Source of the DNA: an uncultured Bacteroidales bacterium
Lineage (GTDB): Bacteria > Bacteroidota > Bacteroidia > Bacteroidales > FEN-979
Direction: 5' to 3'
Assembly (NCBI GenBank): GCA_903915465.1
Contig: CAIWTA010000120.1
Location: forward strand, 591 to 64,590
DNA: 64,000 bases
The notes beneath the pieces are model-generated. The model did not search any database. It was not told where the DNA came from and saw only the letters and a list, made by a program, of their open reading frames with translations. This document shows, piece by piece, positions 33,423 to 42,056 of the stretch. The position numbers were made by a program, and so were the translations under genes. The first letter of the stretch is position 1. The number at the start of each line of letters is the position of its first letter.

Positions 33423-34718
33423 TCAGTTATTCTGTGCATTCTCTGATTTCGGAACAAAGGTGTAAGGAATCGTGAAATAAAAAGTAGATCCCTGGCCCTC
33501 TTCACTTTCTACCCTGATGTGCCCGCCAAGTATATCGATGTAGGCTTTTGAAATAGACAATCCCAATCCTGCTCCCTGTCTTAACATTTTGTCGACAAGA
33601 TCCACCTGTACAAACCGGTCAAATATCGTGTTGATTTTATCTTTGGGGATTCCGATCCCGGTATCTTGAATGTAGAATTCAAGATGTCCGCCCTTTTTCT
33701 CATATCCCAGTTCTACAGAACCTTCGTCAGTGTATTTAATGGCATTTTTAACGAGATTCATCAGAATTGCATAGATCTTTTCACGATCTGTCAGGATGAT
33801 GGTTTCTTCTGCCTGTAATAAGCATTTATAAGAAAAGTCAATTCCTTTCTCTTCCGCCTCGGGTTGAAAGAAGGCCCCGATATATCCGATCTGCTCATTA
33901 ATGTTTGTCTCGGTAATGCTAACAGTCATTAACCCCGATTCAATTTTGGAGATATCAATGATATCATTCAAAATATTGAGCATCCGGATCCCGCTTTTCT
34001 CTATTATGCTGATATACTCCTTCTGTAACTCCCCGGTTAAATTTGGTCTTTTAAGAAGTCCCGCAAATCCCAGGATCCCATTCATGGGAGTCCTGATCTC
34101 ATGACTCATGTTCGCAAGGAAAGCAGATTTAAGTTTATCGGCGAGCTTGACTTTTTCATTTTGGCGGAAGTAAAACGACATGGCAACCTGCAGCAAGAGG
34201 ATCGTAAGGGATAAGTATATCAACGCCCCGAAGTAAAGATCCCAAAGCCGGGCAGAGTTTTCCGAATAATGCCCGATGAGTGCCGGATGCCGGTATTCAA
34301 TGAAAAATAAGATGGAGATATTGACAATAACAACGAGTGTGAAAATGAACTTTTCCCTTTTTTCAAATAAAAGGATGATGAATGATTCAATGATCACGAA
34401 GAGATAAATGATCGGCCCGGTTGATCCATAGTTGATGAACCATTGAACATTCAGGATAGCCAGGGAAAGTATTATCATGATATATTTGGAAATGGTAAAT
34501 TTTTGCCTGATTCTGCACAATAGATAAATGATGGTAAAAACAAGAGTGACGACAACAGTTGTAAGAGTAGTAAACCAGCTTAGCCGGAGGGTAAGGTTAA
34601 TGATAACACCCAAAAGCCCCAAAATGGCAGAAAGTAAAGAAAGCCCGAGAATCAGGTAGTTGTCGAAGCCGATTTCATCGGGTTCTCTGATCAGGAAATG
34701 AATTGCTTTTTTTAACAT
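33423..34718 (-). CDS. Membrane sensor histidine kinase (orphan)
   Basis: About 6 N-terminal TM helices, H-box FLANMSHEIRTPMNGILGF, and HATPase N/G boxes (LVKNAIKYT, DTGIGIP, GLGLSI). Confidence 0.85.
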   Translation of the reverse strand: MLKKAIHFLIREPDEIGFDNYLILGLSLLSAILGLLGVIINLTLRLSWFTTLTTVVVTLVFTIIYLLCRIRQKFTISKYIMIILSLAILNVQWFINYGSTGPIIYLFVIIESFIILLFEKREKFIFTLVVIVNISILFFIEYRHPALIGHYSENSARLWDLYFGALIYLSLTILLLQVAMSFYFRQNEKVKLADKLKSAFLANMSHEIRTPMNGILGFAGLLKRPNLTGELQKEYISIIEKSGIRMLNILNDIIDISKIESGLMTVSITETNINEQIGYIGAFFQPEAEEKGIDFSYKCLLQAEETIILTDREKIYAILMNLVKNAIKYTDEGSVELGYEKKGGHLEFYIQDTGIGIPKDKINTIFDRFVQVDLVDKMLRQGAGLGLSISKAYIDILGGHIRVESEEGQGSTFYFTIPYTFVPKSENAQNN

Positions 34719-35172
34719 GGAGTTACAAGAATAACACTCTCTTTTAGATATTTCTCATTCAAATGTAATCTAATTTATACAAAGGCACACAAAGCCATTA
34801 ATTCTTTTTCTTCATGAAAAATTCAATCCCTGATTTACATGACCTTATTATCATCTGTTTCAGAAAGATCTTTCAGCTTATTCAAAGCCAGTGGGAATTT
34901 CTTTGTCATAAAGTCATACATGTTTACTTCTTTGTCTAACTTCAATATAGCAGGAAAATACTCTTTATTAATCAGGAATTATTTCTCATTTTTGTAGGAA
35001 GTAATAAGGGAAGAACAGAAAAAGTTTCTCTTGCATTTAAAAGAATGTGAATTTTGCTTTACCTTTAGAAATGAATCTATTTACAAAATGTTTATGAAAA
35101 ATCTTTGAATTGACCTTCTTAACTAGTCATGAGCCAAAAAATTTAATAAACGAATATTAAGCTTTGAAATTT

Positions 35173-36393
35173 ATGAAAAAACATGTCTGTTTATCAGTAA
35201 TTTTTGCTTGCATTTTTTGCTCTGTTAATGCTCAATGGCAACCATTATCTGGATATTCATCAACGGAAGGTGCATCTTCCCTGATTGTCCTGGGCGATAC
35301 TATGATTGCATCAAGTACTGGTAATTCCTACGATATGACTCCGGGCTTTCTCATTTCATCAGATCATGGGAATACATGGACGGTTAAGAATAACAGTTTG
35401 GGAATTGGAGCTTACCCTTTGTTTGCGGATGGAGAATATCTGTATGCTGGCACAAACGGACAAGGCGTCAATTTATCAACAGATAAAACTGCCACCTGGA
35501 CAACTAAGAACAACGGATTGCCATCTAATTTCCAGGTACTTGATTTACTGGTAAATAATTCCGACTTCTATGTTTGTGGTTCAGGCGGTATTTTTCATTC
35601 TGCAGATAGTGCAAAAACGTGGGAAAACATTAGTTTACCGGGTACAGTTCAGGCTGCTTCTGTAATTGTCGTCGGAGATACTATTATATCAAGTTTTGTT
35701 TTTAATTCTTCTGAGGGTGTTTATAAATCCACCAATAATGGCATCAGTTGGTTACTTATAGATAGTACCACTGGCTTATCCGATACACGGATCCGTAAAT
35801 TCACAGTGTTTCACCATACCCTTTTTGCTGCATCGAATGGGGATCTGGGCTCAGGAAATGTATACATTTCAAGCGATAACGGAATCAGCTGGACAGCATC
35901 CAATGGCTTATTTGATCATGGACACAATGTACCTTTTAATTTTATCACATATTACAACACTATTTTCCTTGCAACGACCAATGGTATCTATCAATCCAAT
36001 GATTATGGATTAAACTGGACCTCTACTGGATGTGCCAACACTTTATCACTGGCAATTGTCGGAGATACTTTGTATACGGGCACAGGCTGGCATGGCATTT
36101 GGAAACGAGGGTTATCTGAATTGATCGGTGGGGTTGAAGGAATTACCGATTTCAGGAAAATGATCGTTTATCCAAATCCCTCATCTGACATGATAAATAT
36201 TGAATTGAAACAAGCTTCTTCTTTAAAAACCGCAATAGTTTCAATATACGATATCCAGGGTCAGCTACTTCTTCAGGAACATATACATAAAGAAAAAACG
36301 GAGATCAATATACGCGGTCTTGAAAAAGGTATTTACATGGTAAAACTGACGAGCAGCACCAGAACTGAAGTAATAAAATTCGTGAAGGAGTAA
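35173..36393 (+). CDS. BNR/Asp-box repeat beta-propeller protein with T9SS C-terminal domain
   Basis: Six SxDxGxTW-like boxes (SSDHGNTW, STDKTATW, SADSAKTW, STNNGISW, SSDNGISW, SNDYGLNW) and CTD VYPNPSSDMINIEL...GIYMVKL. Confidence 0.75.
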   Translation: MKKHVCLSVIFACIFCSVNAQWQPLSGYSSTEGASSLIVLGDTMIASSTGNSYDMTPGFLISSDHGNTWTVKNNSLGIGAYPLFADGEYLYAGTNGQGVNLSTDKTATWTTKNNGLPSNFQVLDLLVNNSDFYVCGSGGIFHSADSAKTWENISLPGTVQAASVIVVGDTIISSFVFNSSEGVYKSTNNGISWLLIDSTTGLSDTRIRKFTVFHHTLFAASNGDLGSGNVYISSDNGISWTASNGLFDHGHNVPFNFITYYNTIFLATTNGIYQSNDYGLNWTSTGCANTLSLAIVGDTLYTGTGWHGIWKRGLSELIGGVEGITDFRKMIVYPNPSSDMINIELKQASSLKTAIVSIYDIQGQLLLQEHIHKEKTEINIRGLEKGIYMVKLTSSTRTEVIKFVKE

Positions 36394-36451
36394 ATCCGGA
36401 AAAGATTCTTGTTTCAACAAGTAACATGTACCGCCATCTCTGCGTTGGGAA

Positions 36452-37285
36452 TTATTCTTTAATAAATTCCCTTATTTGAATTCTGGTTTCATTTCTTAAT
36501 TTGACAATATAAACTCCCGCCGGCAGATTGCTTATATCAAGTTGCGTTTTGCACCCAGTGATTTGATAATTTTTAAGTTCCTGTCCGTTTAAGTTAAGCA
36601 AGGTCAAGTCCGTTTTGCCTGGTAAGGCTGATGACTCGATGGTCAACATAGTGGATGACAGATTGGGATAAATATTAAATTGAGTTTCATTATGCTCTTT
36701 CATCCCCACACCGCAAGCCATCTCTATTTCCTGCACGCTGTTACAACCCGGTGCATTGTATTCAATCCAGGCAGTACCGGAACCGGCTAAATAATTGCAA
36801 ATACTTTGTACTGAACAATCGCACAAATTATCGTTTTCTTTAATTGAAAACAATCCCGGCAATGAAGTTACATTATCAATTCCTTTGAGGCTGGTAAGCG
36901 ACTGATTGTATTCAATTACAACCATTCCTCCGATTGAAGTAAGGTTTTCAAATCCCTCCAGATTGATAAGAGAATCATTGTAAGATAAATAGAGGCCTTC
37001 TCCGATAGATGTCAGGTTATTCAACCCCTCCAGGCTCTTCAGGGAGTTGAGATAAATCGAAACGGTTCCCCCAACAGAAGTCACGGCACTTAACCCATCC
37101 AGGTTAGTAATGTTGCTTCCATTGAATGTGACATTACCCTCAATTTGTGTGCAGTTAGGATAGTCATTTTGAAAATTGTCGATTTGTGTTTGTGTTGTAA
37201 ATGTAATTCCATCATGTAAACATGATTGTGCGTTTGCAACATTGAACACAACAATCGTAATCAGAAGCAGGTAAATCTTTTTCAT
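36452..37285 (-). CDS. Leucine-rich-repeat-like surface protein with T9SS C-terminal domain
   Basis: About 22-aa repeats (L.GL.NLTSIGG.L.I..N.SL.SL) and CTD IYPNLSSTMLTIES...GVYIVKL. Confidence 0.7.
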   Translation of the reverse strand: MKKIYLLLITIVVFNVANAQSCLHDGITFTTQTQIDNFQNDYPNCTQIEGNVTFNGSNITNLDGLSAVTSVGGTVSIYLNSLKSLEGLNNLTSIGEGLYLSYNDSLINLEGFENLTSIGGMVVIEYNQSLTSLKGIDNVTSLPGLFSIKENDNLCDCSVQSICNYLAGSGTAWIEYNAPGCNSVQEIEMACGVGMKEHNETQFNIYPNLSSTMLTIESSALPGKTDLTLLNLNGQELKNYQITGCKTQLDISNLPAGVYIVKLRNETRIQIREFIKE

Positions 37286-37606
37286 AGCTTTTCCTTCTTT
37301 AAAAAAGTTATTATTGGTTAAGCACACGAATGTTTGTATAGCGAAATTGACATACCGAAAAACCTGGATTATCTATATACTTCTTCAAAGATAATATTTT
37401 AATTATTTGGCATTCATAAGGAATTTTTCTCTGCGGATATCAGTGATTTCTCTGTGTAATTTTGTTTGACAGTAATGCTTTTGTGTCTTGGCGCCTTTGT
37501 GGCAGAAAACATTCATCGCCGCTAAGACGCAAAGTCGCTAATTGTACTGAATTCACTTCATAACGAAAATAAGGTCAACCTTTCATTCTGACTTCCAAAA
37601 AACCGC

Positions 37607-37614
37607 TACATTTG
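37607..37614 (+). promoter_or_regulatory. Bacteroidota -7 promoter box TACATTTG
   Basis: TAnnTTTG match 35 nt upstream of the lnt ATG. Confidence 0.4.
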
Positions 37615-37648
37615 TTTCCGTTTTGCAGGTAAAAGCAGTTTATCCAAT

Positions 37649-39295
37649 ATGAAAAAAAAACACCTGATCCTCCTTTCAATATTATCCGGTTTAATTCTGA
37701 CATTTGCCTGGCCCGAACGAGGTTTCCCGGGATTGCTGTTCTTCGGGCTCATTCCCCTTCTGATTATCGAAAACCAGATCTTCAACAACCCGAAGAATTT
37801 CCGACGGTTGAGCGTGTTGTACTTTTCTTATCCTGCTTTTTTCATCTGGAACGGACTAACAACCTGGTGGATATACAATTCCACCGGTATTGGCGCGATC
37901 CTGGCTATTGTTCTTAATTCATTGTTCATGGCCATCATCTTTAACCTTTTTCATTTTTCACGAAAAAAGCTGAAGAACGATTTTGCAGCTTATGCCAGTC
38001 TCATTTTTTATTGGATCGCCTTTGAATACCTGCATCTCAACTGGGACCTTAACTGGCCATGGCTTAACCTGGGAAACGGTTTCGGGGCCTGGTACAAATG
38101 GGTGCAGTGGTATGAATATACCGGTGCGCTGGGAGGAACTTTGTGGGTAATTGTTGCCAACATCCTGATTTTTTTCAGTATCCGGTCATTTCTTTGTAAA
38201 GATGCCAAAATCACTCTACAATACAGGAATAGCCTGGTTGTTCTTGCCTTCTTATGGCTGTTGCTACCTATCATGGTTTCTTATATCCTCTATTCAAATT
38301 ACAAGGAAGAAATCCATCCTGTTAAGATTGTTGTTGTGCAACCCAATATTGATCCCTTTAGCGAACTATACGTTGTTCCGCCCAAACAGGTAGTCGGAAA
38401 GATCATGGACCTGGCCAGGCCTTTTCTTGACAGTACAACAAATTTTCTTGTTGCCCCGGAATCTGCCATTCAGGAGGAGATGTGGGAAAACGAAATGAAC
38501 ACTTTTATGAGTATCCGTTTGCTTCAAGCCATTTTGCTGGAATACCCTGATATCAACATTCTCATTGGAGGTTCTACATTCCGTTATTATAGCAAAGGCG
38601 AAGAGGTTTCATCTACTGCCCGCCAGTTCACGGATACAAAAACTTACTACGATGCTTTTAATACTGCGATCTTGTTCAACATTCACGACAAACTTCAGCT
38701 GTATCACAAATCCAAACTTACTCCTGGTGTAGAGGTCCTGCCATCCTTCCGTAATTTCAAATGGATTGAAAAATTTGCAATTAACCTTGGCGGAACCGTT
38801 GGCAGCCTTGGAACGGATAAGCTCAGGAAAGTATATTCTACAGTGAAAACCGTTCAAGTTTCTCCTGCAATCTGTTACGAATCGATTTTTGGGGAGTTTT
38901 TTGCAAAATTTGTAAGGAATGGTGCCCAGGTGATGTTTATCATTACCAATGATGGCTGGTGGGGAAATACTGCTGGACACCGGCAACATTTTGTCTTTTC
39001 CTCGTTACGGGCCATTGAGACGCGCAGAAGTATTGCGAGGTCTGCCAATACGGGCATTTCTGCTTTCATCAACCAAAGAGGTGACATCCTGAATCCAACA
39101 TCCTATTGGCAACCGGCAGTGATCAAAGGCATCCTGAATGCAAACTCACGGCTTACATTTTATGTTCTGCATGGTGATTATATTGCCAGGGCGGCGGTAT
39201 TCCTGGGAGGGCTTCTTTTCTTTCTGAGCATTCTCTTTCATTTTGTTGCAAGAAAAGAAAAATGCTTGAAAAAGATATCAATGATTGGTTTATGA
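37649..39295 (+). CDS. lnt: Apolipoprotein N-acyltransferase
   Basis: Multi-TM N-terminus plus a CN-hydrolase domain (APE, KSKLTPG, ICYESIF). Confidence 0.85.
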   Translation: MKKKHLILLSILSGLILTFAWPERGFPGLLFFGLIPLLIIENQIFNNPKNFRRLSVLYFSYPAFFIWNGLTTWWIYNSTGIGAILAIVLNSLFMAIIFNLFHFSRKKLKNDFAAYASLIFYWIAFEYLHLNWDLNWPWLNLGNGFGAWYKWVQWYEYTGALGGTLWVIVANILIFFSIRSFLCKDAKITLQYRNSLVVLAFLWLLLPIMVSYILYSNYKEEIHPVKIVVVQPNIDPFSELYVVPPKQVVGKIMDLARPFLDSTTNFLVAPESAIQEEMWENEMNTFMSIRLLQAILLEYPDINILIGGSTFRYYSKGEEVSSTARQFTDTKTYYDAFNTAILFNIHDKLQLYHKSKLTPGVEVLPSFRNFKWIEKFAINLGGTVGSLGTDKLRKVYSTVKTVQVSPAICYESIFGEFFAKFVRNGAQVMFIITNDGWWGNTAGHRQHFVFSSLRAIETRRSIARSANTGISAFINQRGDILNPTSYWQPAVIKGILNANSRLTFYVLHGDYIARAAVFLGGLLFFLSILFHFVARKEKCLKKISMIGL

Positions 39296-39416
39296 GTTTA
39301 TAAGTTGATGCGTTGATAGGTTTATAGGTTGGATTAACTTCAATATTTGAAAAAAATATCAACAATCGCCACTCTGAAGGGCAATATCACACTTATTTAA
39401 ACACAAACATCAAACA

Positions 39417-40427
39417 ATGAAAACCTGCGCCACAATAATCACCCGGAGTTCCATTTTCATTTTTCTTTTAATTATCATTGCCTGCAACAATACCAATCAG
39501 CCTTCGGAGAAAACCAATGAGGAGAAAAAAGCGAAAATTCCTGTTCCATCATTTAATGCCGACTCTGCCTATACATTTGTCAAACAGCAGGTAGATTTCG
39601 GTCCCCGGGTATGCAACACCCCAGCACATGAGAAATGTGCCGGATTCCTGGCGGAGAAATTGCGCTCATACGGTGCTAAAGTTGCGGTTCAGGAAGGGCT
39701 AGTTGCAGCATATAACGGAACCCAACTCAGGATAAAAAACATTATTGCCTCCTATAAACCAAGCGCCATGAGTCGTGTTCTTATACTCTCCCATTGGGAT
39801 TCGAGGCCTTATGCAGATCACGATCCGGATCCGAAAAACCACGATAAACCAATTGATGGCGCCAATGATGGTGCCAGCGGAGTCGGTGTAATCCTTGAAA
39901 TTGCCAGACAAGTAAGCATTTCATCTCCGACTATTGGCGTTGACCTTCTGCTTGTTGATGCTGAGGATTACGGCCCGCCGCAGGATCAGATGAAAAATGA
40001 AGATACCAGCGACTGGTGGGGGCTTGGCACGCAATATTGGGCCAAACAACAACATGCAGCAGGTTATTCTGCCCGATATGGAATTTTGCTGGATATGGTG
40101 GGAGCGCCCAACGCCACATTTCTTATGGAAGCCGTTTCTATGAATTTTGCACCGTCAGTAGTGAAGAATATCTGGTCAGCAGGCAATAATATTGGCTACT
40201 CGGATTATTTCATTTTCGAACAAGGTGGGGCTATTACAGACGATCACCTTTTTATCAATAAAATACTGAACCTGCCGACGATTGATATCATTCATCTCGA
40301 CAGAACCAGTCAGACCGGGTTCTACCCGTATTGGCATACCGTGAAAGACGATATTCAATCCATTGATAAAAATACCCTGAAGGCAGTTGGGCAAACTTTG
40401 CTGACGGTAATTTACAGGGAACAATAA
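39417..40427 (+). CDS. M28-family peptidase / glutaminyl-peptide cyclotransferase-like lipoprotein
   Basis: Lipobox IIAC, SHWDSRPYADHD, GANDGASGVGVILEIAR, LLLVDAEDYG. Confidence 0.75.
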   Translation: MKTCATIITRSSIFIFLLIIIACNNTNQPSEKTNEEKKAKIPVPSFNADSAYTFVKQQVDFGPRVCNTPAHEKCAGFLAEKLRSYGAKVAVQEGLVAAYNGTQLRIKNIIASYKPSAMSRVLILSHWDSRPYADHDPDPKNHDKPIDGANDGASGVGVILEIARQVSISSPTIGVDLLLVDAEDYGPPQDQMKNEDTSDWWGLGTQYWAKQQHAAGYSARYGILLDMVGAPNATFLMEAVSMNFAPSVVKNIWSAGNNIGYSDYFIFEQGGAITDDHLFINKILNLPTIDIIHLDRTSQTGFYPYWHTVKDDIQSIDKNTLKAVGQTLLTVIYREQ

Positions 40428-40588
40428 CTTCAGTTGCCGATTTCGAATCCCTTTCCTGGCAAGCTGCACATAGGCTTATCCGACCATTCAGGTTTGGCAT
40501 TGAGGCAACAAAAACTTCTCAAAATATCGGAGTAGTATCTGGAAACAGAATTATCTAAAATGAGAGAAACAAAGAGCTCCAAAGTCTT

Positions 40589-41035
40589 TTAAACTTTCTT
40601 CACCCGGACGGCGTTCATACCTTTAAAACCGCGCTCGAGCTCAAAGGTAACCATATCGTTTTCCTTGATTTCTTCAGTCACGCCATTGACATGTACAAAA
40701 TATTTCTCCTGCGTATCGAGTTCCTTGATAAAACCAAAGCCTTTTGAAGTGTTGAAGAACTCAACCTTTCCCTTTCTTATTGAGGCAGCCTCTACTGCTT
40801 CCCTTTTTTGAACGCCAATCTCTATGCTTCCGGCATCGATCTTCTTTCTGTTTGCCGGATCGGGTGGTGTATCTGTGATATGACCATTTTCATCAACATA
40901 GGCAATCATATTCTCAGGCCCTCCGCCTTGGGAGTTTGCCTTACGTTCTGCAAGTTTTTGTTGCTTGTCCAATCGTTTCTTTAATCGTTTTTTCTCTTTA
41001 TCTCTCTTGTTATAGGTCTCTTGTGAACTCGCCAT
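40589..41035 (-). CDS. Cold-shock-domain protein with Lys/Arg-rich N-terminal extension
   Basis: GKVEFFNTSKGFGFIKE...YFVHVNG (RNP1/RNP2-type CSD). Confidence 0.85.
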   Translation of the reverse strand: MASSQETYNKRDKEKKRLKKRLDKQQKLAERKANSQGGGPENMIAYVDENGHITDTPPDPANRKKIDAGSIEIGVQKREAVEAASIRKGKVEFFNTSKGFGFIKELDTQEKYFVHVNGVTEEIKENDMVTFELERGFKGMNAVRVKKV

Positions 41036-41103
41036 TTAATATTTGATTTAGAATGATTTCAAGACTCTTCTGCCTGAACAGTATTTATATCGCTATGGAT
41101 ATG

Positions 41104-41111
41104 CAAAGATA
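41104..41111 (-). promoter_or_regulatory. Bacteroidota -7 promoter box TATCTTTG (minus strand)
   Basis: TAnnTTTG match about 70 nt upstream of the csp-like ATG. A long leader is typical of csp genes. Confidence 0.4.
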
Positions 41112-41486
41112 AGATAAAAAATCAGATCGTCGTTTTCGTTACAGCACATCAAATAACGAAATGAATTGCCTTCGGCACTTCAAAAAACGATACTGCCAAC
41201 TTTTGTGGAATTCAGCATTTTCCTGAAGGCAGCAAGGAGTGTTTACTGAGGAAAGTGAAGGATTACAGGATTTATCCATGTTGTTCTATATATCAACCTG
41301 ACAGATAGTTGATGTGAAACATCCTTTACTCAATGACCAGTATTCTCTATTTCATGAATCTTTTCATTTTCTTTTCCAGTACCCGGTGCAGCAATGTCAG
41401 GGATGCGGCAAGTACTACATTCACCAGGAGGCGGAAAACAGGTTCCGCCCCAACATGATGTTCCATCAATGATACGTGAAGGATTT

Positions 41487-41915
41487 TTAAGCAAAATATC
41501 CTAAAGCCATAAACGGGTCGTGGGCTAAATAATACGTTCCCAGAAAGTAATTGGCTTCTGCTTCTCCTTTCTGATACTCAGTTTTTTGAGACATCTTCAA
41601 TGCTTTCTGCGCATTTTCCAGGCATTTCTGTTTATTATAGAAGGAATAAACCAGTGCCATCCTGTTGAATGCATCAATTTCTCCATTGAAATACTTTATG
41701 CCTTTTGAGACCACGAGAGCGGTTTCTGCATATTTCTGGTAGCTATCCGGTTTATCATCTATGTAGAAATTGGGAATCAGGGAGTTGATCAGATTAACTT
41801 TCTCAATTCCTGAAGAATAAAGTATTTTCCTCCGCAAACTATCAACTTCATTTGCAAAAACAGGCAATGTGATGCAAAGACAGGAAAGGAAAATCAACGC
41901 TTTGAATCTTGACAT
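41487..41915 (-). CDS. Short TPR-like secreted protein, possibly a truncated remnant
   Basis: Signal peptide followed by about two TPR-like units. A 47-codon out-of-frame ORF with a TM-like helix follows (see findings). Confidence 0.45.
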   Translation of the reverse strand: MSRFKALIFLSCLCITLPVFANEVDSLRRKILYSSGIEKVNLINSLIPNFYIDDKPDSYQKYAETALVVSKGIKYFNGEIDAFNRMALVYSFYNKQKCLENAQKALKMSQKTEYQKGEAEANYFLGTYYLAHDPFMALGYFA

Positions 41916-42056
41916 AACAGTATCTTTTATTTTCTTTGCAATATTCCGGTTCGTTAATTGGATTTCTCAATTTAAAATAAAAGATGAGTTGATTCCAAAA
42001 ATTTTCTTTTGGCCGGATGACAAATTTAAACGAAAAAAAATGCTGACACTATTTTG

